From positions 6,076,001 to 6,140,000 of the forward strand of contig CP110439.1 of assembly GCA_026914245.1 (NCBI GenBank): 64,000 bases of DNA. Direction: 5' to 3'. Shown here piece by piece: positions 47,237 through 60,489 of the stretch. The DNA is from Puccinia triticina. Its lineage: Eukaryota. Made by a program: the position numbers and the translations under genes. Under the pieces are notes generated by a model. The model was not told the origin of the DNA, made no database searches, and saw only the letters and a program-made list of their open reading frames with translations. Position 1 is the first letter of the stretch, and every line of letters begins with the position of its first letter.

Positions 47237-49022
47237 AACATATGTTTCAAAGAGTGTATTATTCTGGCAGAAAACATTTGTGGCCGTTGGGAGCACCGTA
47301 GATAAGGTTTTGGGGGTTTGCCTTAGTAGGAAATCCGCCAAATCACCCCCCGGCTACACAAGGTGTCCCTGAGGAGTACTAATGCCGTGAAGCTTAACAT
47401 ATTTTTCAAAGAGTGTAATCTTATAGCTCAAAATTTTGGGGCCATTTCGAGCACCGTACATAATGTTTTAGGGGTTTGCCTTAGTAAGAAATCCGCCAAA
47501 TCCGCCCCCCAGCTACACAGGGTCTCCCTGAGGAGTACTAATGCCGTGAAGCTTAAAATATGTTCTAAAGAGTGTATTCTTATAGCCAAAAAAATTTGGG
47601 GCCGTTTGGAGCACCGTAGATAAGGTTTTGGGGGTTTGCCTTAGTAGGAAATCCACCAAATCCGCCCCCGGCTACACAGGGTCTCCCTGAGGAGTACTAA
47701 TGCCGTGAAGCTCACAATATTGCCTAAAGAGTGTGTTTATATTGCTGTAAAACCTTTAGGGTGTTTGGGTACAACAGTGACAAGATATATTTTTTTTTGT
47801 ATATTCCATCATTTTTTGTTAAATTAATATATCGACTCCCATCCTCAAGAGGGGAATTAATTAATTGACTCCCAAAATGCTTTTGGGGCCGCGCAAGGTC
47901 CCAAGGACACAGGGGGGACGTCCCAAGACGGTCCGCGCGACGTAAACGACTTTTGGGAGTCGATTTATTAATCCCTGGGAGTCAATTTTTCAACTCCCAA
48001 ATCATAAACTGCAATTTTGGCTGGGAGATGTCACTTTGAGTTTTATGCACACTGACATCTCCCAGCCTAAATTAGCTTTATGATTTTATGCAAACCATGA
48101 CATATGCAATTTTGAACACCATAAACAAGCAACAAAGAGCCAGCATTTTTTAAAATCAAGCAGGGGCCTATCCAAGCAAAGTAGGGGGCCTGCAGGGAGG
48201 GGCCAGGACAAAACCAGAACCCGTGGGGAACTTGACTGCTCCCCTCTATTCCCATACATACAAATTACATCTTTGCGCCAGAATCCCTCCGGCACGGTCT
48301 ATTCAAAGGACAAAGCGCTGGCTTGAATAGGGGTGGGTGTTCAAAGTTGACTGCATAAAATCATAACACCATCAATTCATAAAATTTCAATCTGAAAAAA
48401 ATGTGTAACACCCAATCACTCAAAAAAGAGCAACAATTCTAAAATGGTACATAAAAAATGATCACTCAAAAGTGTTATGATTTTATGATTTTATGATTTG
48501 AAAAAAATATGATTTCAACTTTGAACATCCTCATTGAATAGAGGTCGTCTGTTCTTTCAATTTAGTGAGGGACCTCCTGGCAAATGTGAATTTTTGGTAT
48601 CCCCGGGCCCGCCCCAAACAAACCAAACCCAACATTGTCGGGCAAAGGGTTGGTGTGAGAGTGAAGGCCAAGCAGGCAGAGGAGAAGTAACCACTCCTGC
48701 ACCTTGATGAAAATAACACGTGATATATTTGCATACTTTATTTCTTTCGCTCCAAGAAAAGAAAGGTAGCAGGGCTGACAGACAGTGCAAGAAGTCAAGA
48801 AAGACCCATCTCATCAAAGGAAAACAGAAAGAAAAACGGGGAGGAGGCCGGGGTAAAAAGAGCATTTACAAATGTGAGCTGTTGCACATGATCTTGAAGC
48901 GGGAGAGTTGAAATTATACAGCAGAAATGAGATATTAGCAGGTGAGACAGAAACGAGTGAGCGTCAAACCAGGTGTACACATAATAAATCAAGCATAGTG
49001 TGATGATGATTTCAGTGGTCGG

Positions 49023-52000
49023 TCAAGTCTTGGTTCGCGTTCTCTTCCTCTGGTTAGGAGTACTGTTACCCGAGGCGTTCACATCGCCTGTAGCGTGGCT
49101 GGCTGCCGCGGAGTCCGGTATGGCGGGGGAGTGTTGGTGGTCGAGATGGTCTTCTGTCTTCCGCTTCTTAGCTTTCCCGTTCGTCGCCCCACCAGTGCCA
49201 TTTGTCGTGGCCGCCGCTGTCGAGTGCTGGTCGCCTCCTGCCCCCGATTCTTCATCCTTCTTGTTTTTCGACACCCGTTTCCTCATCAGTTCTTCCGCAT
49301 CTTCCGGATCCAATTCTTTGACAATCAGCTGTACTAGTGTATTACAACGTCTCATGATCTCCTGAGGTGTTCTCGATTTAATGAACCAATCAAACCTGTG
49401 CAAATGCATAATATCAGCATCTTTGCAATTTTTTTCGGTTACCGAGGAGCCATCACGAAAGCTAGTGAACAATGTTCTTAACTAACCGGAACAAAGGACT
49501 CTCAATGATATCTTTTTTGATCAAATCGTAAACTTCTTCTTTACCCAAGCCGTGCCTATGTAGTTGAACGAGTAAGAATCGATCCTCTTCCTCACTGTAG
49601 CTCTTGCCCTTTGTCTGGTTAACGTAGTGAATTTTGAGGTTTTGCATGGGTAACTTGACGCTGCTAATTTTCTCTCTCAAGAGCTCTTCGGTCCGGTCTG
49701 CTTTCTTCCTCTTGGCTTCCGCTTGTTCGATCTTACTGATAAATCGTGCGTGATCTGCAAATTCCGAAAAAAGAAAAACCCTCTCAATCATTTTCGTTTT
49801 CGAGCTAACCCATGAAGTAAAGCCAACCTTCAATCTCTTCGTGCCGTTCCCAAAAGACTTCAGCGTATTCTTTAACTTCATCCACTGATTTGTTTTCGAT
49901 CTCCTTGGCAATCAAGTCGTATGAATTTCTTTTTTGAAGAAAAAAGACAACGAGTCAATAAAACAAATATGATTTCCCATGAAGAGCAGAATGAGATGAT
50001 CTTACCGTCCATGAAGTTCACAGCCTTTGATAAAGTTCAGGAAGTCCCTTCGGGCCCAGGCCTCAAAGCCCAGTGATTGCATTTCAGCCTTTTCCGCGAG
50101 TTCCTCTTCAGTTAGAGGCTCAGCTGACACCAAAGAGACATCGTGAGGGTCAGCAAGCTTTGAGAAGTCGGCCGAATAGATCGGTAGGATTATACACATA
50201 CCGTTATCTATTTCAGCTTGTAATTCTTGCTTTTCTTTCTCGAGATCCTCTGGAGTTGTATTGTCTCCTTCATCTCGCTCGGGTAGCTCAGCCTTGATCC
50301 CGTGAGTTTTCTGTGGAAGTGGCAACCCAGAAATCAACATCCGGGGTAATTCTGCGCCCAAGTCAATCACTTAAGGATCATACCTTGTAGTACAAATCAG
50401 CTCGATCTTGCAACTCGATAAACCGTGGGGGATAGAATTGCCAGTCCGACCTGGATAAACGAGCTATCAGTTAGATCGGCCTGTCATCGCGTGCTGATAG
50501 ATGATACAAAAAAGAACACGTACGTATTTATCTTTTTGGGACCCTTTTTCTTTTTAGGGGCAACGGGGCCGCCTCTCATGATCTCCCTGAACGAGATGTT
50601 TTCACTGTAGTTCATCTTTCGTTCTCGTTTAGCAGGTTCGATCCAATTCAACCCTAGTTTCTTCTTGGGTTGACCGGCATAGTCTTCACCCTCCCATTTT
50701 TGCGTATTACTCTCTGTTTTGAAGTTCGCCAGATCATCGAAATCCAACCGGGAATACTTTGCATTCAATTCGGCTGTCCTGGCCTCACCGCGTTGGATGA
50801 TCGACTCGATGTCGTCGTCTACTAACATGTTTTCCTTCGAATTGATAATTTTTTCTGCTCCATGTTGGATCATATCAACCAAGTCGTCCTTGCTCTGGCC
50901 TGAGAAGACGAAAAAACACGACTGTCAAGCCATATTGAATGTGTTCCACGAGTTTAATACCAGATCAACCAACCTTTCTGTTGAACGGTTGCTCTGCCTT
51001 GCTGAATGACCAATTGGTCCAGACGTAATTTTTGCGCAGCTCGTTCCAGGACTTTTTCCTCGACTGCATTTTCAGTCACAAATCTGAAGACGTACACTTG
51101 CTTCTTCTGACCGATTCGATGCGCTACAAAGTTTAACACAAAGTCGAATTGAGTGGCCAGTTTAAGGCTTATAGATAAAGTAAATATCTCTGCCGACCTC
51201 GGTCCATAGCTTGGAGATCGGCCTGAGGGTTCCAGTCGGAGTCAAATAGCACCACAATGTCTGCCGTAGTGAGATTGATCCCCAAGCCACCAGCCCGTGT
51301 TGTTAGCAGAAAGACAAACTTGGAGCTTCCTTCCTTGTTGTATTCGTCAATCGCACCAATACGATCTTCATGAGCGGTCTGGCCATCGATTCGGCAGTAT
51401 TCTACGGGGAAGATCTCCGCGATAATGAGTCCAGCCGATCGCAAGAGCCACTAGGGGAGATGCTACTTACCATATTGTCGGAAAAGGCAATAGTCTTCAA
51501 GAATATCCAACACCCGGCTCATTTGACTAAATATCAACACCCTGGAACCTTTGGCCTTCATTGCCTTAAGCAACTTGTCTAAGATGATCATTTTGCCACT
51601 GTTGAAAACCAAATGCTCGTCCGTGGTGAAAGGGGGGGATTCCTAGAGTAAAAAAAATGTTGGATTGGGGTTAGAAATCGATGGAAAAAATTGATCAAGG
51701 GCGATGCGCTGAAATTAAACAAACAGCGCCATCAAACAAATACGGATGATTACAGCATTTCCTCAGTTGCATCACGACGTTCATCAATCGGGTTTTGCCT
51801 TCCTTCTTACCGGTGACACCATTGACGGCATCGATATCTTTTTCGAGAATCATTTTGTACCACTTGCGCTGCATCTCTGTCATACCAACGTAGACATTAA
51901 TTTCTTTTTTTGGTAATAGACTCTTCTCGACATCCGATTTGACTCGACGTAGCAAAAAGGGTCGCAGGACTTTGTGGAGTTGCTTGACAACACTATTTTC

Positions 52001-53807
52001 AGCATCTGATGACGAATCCTCAGCCCCGTTCCGCTTCCGCTCAAACCAGGCATCGAAATCTTCACTGCTGCTGAAGACGTCTGGTAGAAGACTGGTTGGA
52101 AGCGAGCAATCAGTGTGATGGCTAATAAGCAAAAATAGATAGCTCAAACATTTGAAAATCAGTCTCTTACAAGTTCAGCAGTGCCCACAGTTCTTGTAGA
52201 TTATTTTGCAGTGGGGTTCCGGTGATAAGTAGTCTGGATCGGCTTTGAAAAAGTCGGACTATCTGACTCAGCATGGAGTCGACATTTTTGATCCGATGGG
52301 CTTCGTCGATGACGATATACTCCCAGGGAATTTTTTTCAACGAAGCCTTCTCTCTGATGCAAAGTTCATATGTAGTCAGGACGACATCGAAATCTTGGGC
52401 CAAGATCTTCTGACAAATCTCGCCCCGCTCGTCTTTACTGCCCTTGAGGGAAACGAGTTTAAAGCCGGGTACCCAAAAATCGAACTCTCGGACCCAGTTG
52501 TCCAACGTCGATTTCGGCACGATCACTAGGTGAGGACCTGATAGAGAGCGATGGTGTTTGAGATATCCAAGGAAGGAGATAGTCTGGAGGGTTTTGCCGA
52601 GACCCATCTCGTCTGCCAGGATGCCGTTGATTCCATTGTGAAAAAGTGAAATCATCCAATTCAAACCCTGGACCTGGTAATCTCTCATTGTACCGCCTTT
52701 AACGTCTGAAACATCAAATTGTAGTGATGAGTGGATCATGAGGCACATCCTTCCTGGTTTCAACATAAACGGTCGAAGACGTACAGCTTGGGGATTCAGT
52801 AAATACGAAAGGTTCGTCATCTGTAGCCGATTGACTATCATCGCCCTGTTTATCACCACGTTTCTCGGCTGCCAACAGTTCTTCGTCCTCTTCTTTTTCT
52901 GTCTTTCGTCCTCGATGTTGACCTTTAGGTCTATTTCAACAGCACGATCAGCAACGCTGACTGAGTATCTTGAGAAGAGGATTGAGAAAAAAAAGAAAAC
53001 AGGAGGGTCGCCTTACTTTGCCTTGTTCTTGCTGCACATCTTTTCACTCTCGGCCAGTAATTTTGCAAATTCGGGCTCTCTCTGGGCCTAAAAAACCACA
53101 ACCACAGTTAACATAAATCAACACCCCATTGTTTTGGTCACCACGAGTTTTTCCTTTCAAGAGAAAACATAAGACAGCGCGTGGGACCAACTTTCAAATC
53201 GGTGAAGTGTCGGAAAAGCTCTGTTTGGCCCAGAAGATAACTGAATCGTTTGATACTGTCAGCGACTTTACCAGCGTCCATTTCTTTCCTGCGAAAGTTC
53301 AGACTTTCGTCGCGAGCACGAGTATTAGCAGTGTTAGTGGTCGGTCCTGTTGGGTTAGGGTCGACGCTAGTCTCTTCGGCAGCGCTGGAAGACACTGAAA
53401 GAGAGAGGGTAGAGCCGTAGGGTGAGTTTCGCCTCAACTTTTAAGTGAAGAGAGTCGCCGATAGACTCACTGGTTGAAAGATCTTCTGTACTGTCAGAGG
53501 TGGATCTGGCGAGACCAGGTGCGTCGACCGTGGCGTACGAAGATACTAATGATAGAGTTTGTGGTGAATCATTGGTGGTGGAAGGAAGGAGCAGTCGTGC
53601 ACTGTTCGTGTTTGGAGGGGTTTGCGACGGAGTCGGGTGAAGGAGCTCGGTCTGGGAAACGAACTTACGTTGGTTTGAGTAACGTTGTCGGTTTGATCGT
53701 GCCTTTTTTGCCTTCGCTGCCCGGAGGTAAGTGGCGATCTTGATTTGGTTTTCGAGGTCTTCTTCTCGGAGGTGAGCGTGGTAGGAGGCGAGGATGAGCT
53801 CGAACAT
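49023..53807 (-). CDS. ISWI-family (ISW1/ISW2) ATP-dependent chromatin remodeller, multi-exon; start uncertain
   Basis: [57 protein letters not shown] and [18 protein letters not shown], plus HAND-SANT-SLIDE motifs ([31 protein letters not shown]). Confidence 0.96.
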
Positions 53808-54399
53808 AACAAAGTCCCTCCCTCGCGCCTACGCTCGGGGGGCCCGAAGGGCCCGCCTCCCGAAGGGACTTGCACCAAAGTCGGCTTACGAGGGGGAGAG
53901 CTACCAGCCAAAAAATGGCTGGGACTTGGGAGGTGATCTCATCCCCATATATTCTGCACAAGCTCTTGGATAAACATCTGGCCCTTGGCACCATTGTAAG
54001 CGCAAGGCTTCGCGAATACTTCACACCACTTGAAAACTCTGAATATCTCCATCCCCTCACAAGAATCATCCTGTAAAGAAAACAAGTACATACGTACCTC
54101 ACAGCTGAGTAACAGTTCAGAAAACAGAGACTATCAATTTAACAATGACCTATCTGGCCCCATGAGTCACTGAACCGTGAGAGGGTGCGTGAACTGATGA
54201 TGCAAACCGTTTGCCAGCTGTCAATCTCTACCGGGCAAAATGCTGGGACATGGCTGACTAGCAATCACAAGCAACTGTTTATTTCAAGCCAAACCACCCC
54301 CAAAAAATATGAAACAATGCCTGAGAAGCAAGGCTACAAGCCGTTCTCCTCAGAACTTCATGGAAGGCAGTTTTTTTTGTTTGACAAGCTGTTTATTCC

Positions 54400-55103
54400 A
54401 AAAAAGAAGAAATTCATGTAAATTTCTCAAAGTGCTCAGGCCACGCGGCCGACTTTGGGCGTAAGCCTCTCCTACGGAGAGTCCCTTTGGGACCCCCGTT
54501 TGAGAGGCTTTGTTAAGCTTGGAATGAGCTGCTCCTCTCGGGTGAGCTGTTCCCACAGGGTGGGCTGGTAGTCCCGGAGCTTGGCTTCTCTGCACAGTCG
54601 CAGCACTTTCAGGTAATACTGGATAAGTTTGGTGTTTTCCTTTAAATTCACTAGGAAAAAACCGCAAACAAAAGTCAGAAACTGGTTAGAATATTTTTTA
54701 TATGTATTTAGAATTTTAGATAGAATTTTGAGTGAAATTTTGGAATACTTAAGTGTTTTTTTTGTGGTTTTTGTGTGTATTTTTGGCAGTAAAAAATGGA
54801 AAAAGATGATGTTTTTGTCAGATTTTAATGTTTTAAAGTGCGCAAAAATTATAGGAACATAGTACAAAATTATTAGAGTATTTTTATGTATTTTTGTGAA
54901 TTTTTAGATGTAAAAAATTGTAGAATTAAAGGTCCTTTCTTTCAAATAAATTTGAATTAAATTTCCCAGCCAGACCCCCAATTGTCAGCCTACGTGATGC
55001 CAAGGACTAATCCTTGTAGCTAAACGTGGTGAAAAATAAGATAAAAGAGTATAAAACTCTAAGACAAAAGTATAAGGGATAATACCAATGGATATATTGG
55101 TAA
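54400..55103 (-). mobile_element. Gypsy remnant: leader, PBS and the inner end of a 5' LTR
   Basis: CCCCCAAT|TGT junction at 54975-54985 as in the intact element (PBS TGGGGGTCTGGCTGGG), and a similar strand-biased AT-rich leader. The LTR probably resumes at ~59209-60490, which shares TTACATATGTACA and CTTATGTAAT with the intact LTR. Confidence 0.55.
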
Positions 55104-55489
55104 CTAGAGGCAAAGGCGGCTTTGCCGCTGCAGGGTGCACACCCCCAAGGACATCCTTATTTTGCCTATAGAAACTCATCCTTGATGTACTGAAAAGTCA
55201 TTCACGCTCACCTTGAAGTTCTGAAAATTGTAGCAAAATTCATCCAGTGTGAATTCATAATTATGGCAAGATGTCATCCCTGCAAGCCAAAATTTCTATT
55301 TATTTTTCCAACCACTATCAACATTAGGAAACACAGAACCAATAAAAACCTGAGTGCTAAGGGTGCAAAACTGAAAGGAACATAATGAGAAATGATAAGG
55401 AAAAAAATGAGAGACTGATTGCAAAGATAAACAAAGCAGGAGGCAAAACAAAGGAGATTAGATACAGATTCCCAGGGCTGCCTCTTCAC

Positions 55490-56062
55490 CGAGAAACTCA
55501 TAGCCACCTTCAGCCTCAGAGGCGACCACTTCCTGTCCCTGGCCATGTGCGGCATCTTGAACGGCCCCTATGTTGGCCTCAACAACAACTACACCCTCCA
55601 TCCCGTCCTCAAAGTGGGTCATTTCACACACAAACACACTTTCCATCTATCTATCTCTGAAGAAGAGATATCCTTTGTTATTTTGTATTTCCTTGAAGGC
55701 CCGGCTGCCCATGAGCTCTTCGAGCTCCAGGACCCCCACAGTCCGGCATCCAAGGAGGTCTCGCAGAGGTAAATATGCCAATTTCAGAAAAGAAGAGAGG
55801 ACACTAAAAAGACTGACTGATGAAAAAGCCTGGGCAACTGTTTGAAGCACGGCGTGAAGCACCTCCTGATTGGGTTGATGAATGACCAAGTGGTCCCGCT
55901 GTACTCGGCGCTCAACAGCCCAGTCAACCACCCCTCAATCCTGCGCGCACTCTTCATCAACTCCGCTGTCTTCTAGGCCACCGACTTCCTCACTAACCTC
56001 ATTGTCTTCTGTCTCCGGCTCCGGGACGCCGGCTTCTCTGACCACGGCCCCATCTTCCTCCT
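55490..56062 (+). pseudogene. Fragment of a YML020W-like conserved fungal gene
   Basis: LAMCGILNGPY, PAAHELFELQDPHS and NDQVVPLYSAL...HPSILRALF..F*ATDFL...LRLRDAGFSDHG, with introns retained and an in-frame TAG. The family was recognised from memory. Confidence 0.6.
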
Positions 56063-57190
56063 CCATACAATTGGTGTGCAACGGCAGTTGGAAACTTGAA
56101 CCCGCCCAAGAGAAAAAAAAAACAAATTTGCGTTGTTGTTTGACGTGTGGTAGAGGAAAGAGGTTGAGCAATCGAGTGTGCAGTGCAGAGGCAAAAAAGG
56201 TCAAGAGAGCTGCTCACCAACATCTTCATGTACCAACAATGCTGGTAGGTGCTCAGCCTGATAGCCGCATTTAAACTCCGTCGAATGTCTCCTTCATCCG
56301 TGTAGAACTCTAAAAGTTTCATTGAAGCTTTGGCCGAGAACTTCGCCTCCAAACATTGCTGGAATGTGTCCTTTGCCTGTTACTTATGGTGCAATCAGAA
56401 CACCAGATCCCCAAGGATCTCCCACTCCATCCTATTTTTCCTATACGGCATGTGCTGGGCCTTGAAGTGCGCTACCTTGGCCCTCCAAAGCGTATAAACC
56501 CTCAGATCATATTCAAGCAAAAAAAAATCATCCTATTCAAGCAAAAAAAAAAAAAAAAATTGAGCATTCGACGCTCTCTTGACTTCTTTCTCTTGAAGCT
56601 CACCTCATAGAGCACCATAAAAAAGTTATCCAACCACCTTTCACAGAGCCTCTTGTTCATGAAGGTATTTTGGGGGGCGGCTGCCGTGGAAGTTGCTGCA
56701 ATTTCATCCTGCTTGTCCGTTATACCCGTCAATGGATGAGCTGCAATTGGTTTATCAACTCCTGGCAGGGCCGACCATTGGGCTTTTAGAAGGCTGATCT
56801 GGGTCGTCCGGAGGATCCGGGTTCAAGCCGTCATCCTCTCTGGAAGAGAGTTTGACCGGACCTACCATCTCAGGCGGTCGAGGATCTTGTGAACCTGAGA
56901 CGTTGATTGTTGGGATAGGGCTTGGGGGATTGTATGCCGTGAAAGATTGTGGATTGGGGGGGGCGAAGACTCTCTGCGCAAAGGCGCCTTTGCCCCATCG
57001 TCTGTTGCGTCGTTCGGACCTCCATTACTCGTAGCGGAAGTACTGAATTGCTTTGCATTTGACTGAAGCAATCCTTGCTGCTCATTCTCTGATTGCTGTT
57101 GCCGATATTCTTCCTCCATCACAAAAAACTGACTCCGACATTTCAGCAGTTTGTCCCAACCAATCAGAATCACCAGCTGAGTCAATAGCT
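56063..57190 (-). pseudogene. Fragment of a ChAPs (Bud7/Bch1 exomer cargo adaptor) gene
   Basis: IGWDKLLKCRSQFFVMEEEY, KRLCERWLDNFFMVLYE|DLRVYTLW and EWEILGDLVF*LHHK*, with stops, a damaged splice acceptor and truncation at both ends. Confidence 0.85.
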
Positions 57191-60100
57191 AATCAGCCTC
57201 AGGCGGAGATGAGGATTAGGACGCGACTGGGGGGCGCCTAGCTGCGACTCGGTCAGATTGTTGCTTGGAGGAATCGGAAAGGGTAATGAAGCGGGGATGG
57301 TCAAGTTTCCGAGATGGCGCTGGCCGGCTTGCCCAAGATGTCGAAATCTGTTAAGCCGGGTGGAGTGATGGTCGATGGGAAATCTGACTCTGGAGCCACC
57401 AGGACAAGGGGCGAGGGCCCCTTGAAGTTTACCGGCTTGGGTGGAGTCATAGGCGGCCCAGGGACAAATGGTGTATGTAGCGTTCTTGTTGAGACGCTTG
57501 AGGGGTGAGACCTAGCTTAACTAAGCCTCTCGAACGGAGGGTCCGGGGGACCCCGCCCAGAGGGCTCTCCGTAGGAGAGGCTTATGAATAATGTCTGCAG
57601 GCTGGCAGACAAAGGAAGGATTTTCAATCCTAAAAACACAAAAACAAAATTTAAAATTCACCAAAATATGTACAAGAAAAACTGAATAGACAGTTTTCTT
57701 GGCAGTGCTGATGGGCACCCTCCCCCAAGTTTTTGAGGCATAAACTCCAAAACTGATTGAAGGAATCCATTTTGGAGGTCAAAGGAATCCTGGAGGATAT
57801 TCCATTGCACTGAAGATCCAATTTCGGATTTTCTGATAATATGCACAATTGAATATCCTATCTGCAACAACTGGGTGGCTACAGGTGTAGGATCTGCAGA
57901 TATCTGCAGGCTTGTGAATCCAATATCCACAAGGCATGATGGTTGTAATTCCTTGGTTTACATTTCTTTGTGTTTTTTTATTTTTAAAACATTAGTACAG
58001 AAAAAATGATAAGGATTGAGGAGATGAGACCAGCGCCATTTGAAAGCTGAGATTGAGAAGTGTAATCTGGTTCTGGGGCAGGTCCACAGGAGCTGAGGGG
58101 GAGGCTGGGTGATGCTAAGTATTTTTCCTCCAGCCATTCATGATTTCTTTCTCAGCCAAAATTTTGACTTTGTGCACAAGTCCCTCCCTGCGGGAGGGGC
58201 CGCTTCGCGGCCAGCCACAGCGAGCCTCCCACCAGGGGGGACTTGTGTCAAGTTAGGGTGAGACCACCATCCTTATCATAGCCCCCAAGGCCCCGCCAGC
58301 GCAGAGCGCAGGAATGTTTGACAAAAAGATGCAAGCTCATCAATTCTAGAATATGAAAGATGCAAGCTCATCGATTCTAGCATATGTATGTAGCATGACT
58401 GGTCATTGCCATGACCAATCCCGTCATCAAAGGCACGCTCACTGTTGTTGTGGAGCTGGAGACGCAGGAGGCGGTGGGAAGGCTGGTGGCTCCAGGATCA
58501 GTCAACAGACATTGCAGAAGCTGGGATGGCGCTTTGCCCTATTTGGCATTCTGATGCTGGGAAACAGTTGACATGGCTGGTTTGGAAAGACCCTGGGCAG
58601 GCGTATTGCAAGGGCAATGGTTTGAGAAAAGCCTTGTCTTGTGGCAAGGGTCACCATGGGTCTCCATGGGTTTGTTGCGTGGCAGTGGTGTGGTTGTCAA
58701 GGAAGGATGAATGCGCGAGTGCGCGGGTGGATCTTGAGGGCTGTGCCAGGTGGTGCCAAATTTTCTATAAAAAGAGGGCATTGGCTTGCTTTTTTGTTTC
58801 CCCCAGGCGTCCTCTGCTGCTGTACTTCCAGCGTGCGGTTTGTCCTCAACCCCCTCCACTGTTGCACTTGCACAGTTTGAGGGGCTCTACTTGGTGGCCC
58901 CCCTTTGCATAATGCCTTCAATGCGGTGCGCTGGGGGCCATCCACCCACTATTTTAAACCCTGCTAGACAGGAATGGATAGTGGGCCTAGTTAGTGGTGT
59001 TTGGATTTTGTGTTAGGGAGGCTTGTTTTTGTGATTTGTTTTTTTGAAAGGGGGAACCCTTGCTTTTTTTTTTGTAATTTGGTTCATTTGTAGGGAGAAC
59101 CCTTGATCTTTGTTTCTGTGTTTCTCTGTCTTTAACTTGGATTATGGCGTAAAATATATGACAAAATGGTGTAATTATATGAATAAAATTAATATAATTA
59201 AATAAAGAGGGGCCTGATAAAATCAGGGGTGTTTAATCCCTCAAAAATGAAAACTGGGGCCTGTGAAAAGGGGTAGTTCATATCTCAGCAAGGAATGGCG
59301 GAGAATCTCAAGAGAAGGAGTTTAAACTTACTAGTAAAAAGCCCTCAAAGTCTTGAGGTTCTTCAGGGTAGAAACTGGGAAGTTGGGAGAGCTTGAAGAG
59401 GTTGATTCTGAAGGCTGGGTGGACACTGAAAAGTTTTTGGAGGAAAAATGGGGCTAACAACAAGTACTAAGGGACTAACAACAAGCTATTGAGCACGGGT
59501 TGAAGGCGGGTAAATTATAGTAGGTATGTAAAAGTGTGATGAAAGGGCTTTTGCGGCGGACAGAGGGCCCCTTAAATACCTGTGGCAGCTCTCTGGGGCG
59601 CCTGGGGGAGCTACAGGGCCACTGGCCAACTTGTGGGCGCTTTTGGGCCAGGCTGAGGATGCTACAAGGGCTAATTCTTCTTTGGGAAGATGTACTGGCC
59701 TAATTGGGGCGCCTTCAGGCGGATTTCCAGCCTGGATGATGGCGCCATAGAAGCTAGTCTCCTTTGGGAATATGTACTAGCCATTTGTGGGCGCCTACAG
59801 TTCAGGATTCCCTCATCCAGGCAGATGAGCTGCTATGTGTCTCATATTTATTCAAATAAGCCACAGTGCTTCCCAATTTGTCTGTACTGTGTATGCATTA
59901 GGTATTGAATTGTTTTAATGCGTCAGGAATATTCTGTTTGCATCCATGTGACATCATTACATATGTACAGCTTATGTAATGTGTGTAGTGTTTCACGTGA
60001 AGGGGCAGACTTGATGTAATTACTTCCCTCTGGGCGTGCTGTAATTTACAGGTAGCCCTTTTTGGGGTTTCATTCATCTATGGAGCTCTGCGCTATCTTT

Positions 60101-60489
60101 AGGCGTAGCGCGCAGCACGCGGGTTTAGAGTTAACTCAACCTGAGTTGGGCTATCTTCTAAACTAAACATAACACTTCAGTTTTGTGGCTATTGAAGTGC
60201 TATGAGCATATGTACAAATGTACACAAGCATACAGGTTGCTCAATTCGAGGTACCTTGTAAATGCTGATTGGGTGATTACACAATGAAGCAGTGAGAGTT
60301 AAGGGTACCCCAGGTTAATTTAGGCGTAGATTAAGAATATAAAATAACATTTATACTTTTAATTATGTAAGAGACAGTATTAATGTCTCTTTCATAGGTA
60401 ATGATTTTTATGTTTTATTTTTATGGTATTAAATATGTAAGAGTGTAATAATATCTCTTTCATATGTAATACTACTTTTTATTTTTATG

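Larger units (their letters stand above)
45808..47998. mobile_element. Foldback-like non-autonomous element (Mutator-like)
   Basis: 8-bp TSD AAATCATA and long GGG-starting TIRs. Inverted arms are built from ~119-bp tandem units around a palindromic centre at ~46610-46815. Confidence 0.85.
45766..48121. mobile_element. TGGTGTTCAAAATTGC-family MITE split by a 2.2-kb insertion
   Basis: 45766-45807 and 47999-48121 rejoin to give the ~157-bp family sequence. Confidence 0.85.
55104..59208 (-). mobile_element. Non-autonomous Helitron carrying gene fragments (5' end tentative)
   Basis: 3' hairpin plus CTAG|T at 55104-55132, a candidate 5' TCTTTATTTAATT at 59208, no TSD, and a mosaic of gene fragments inside. 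Confidence 0.6.
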
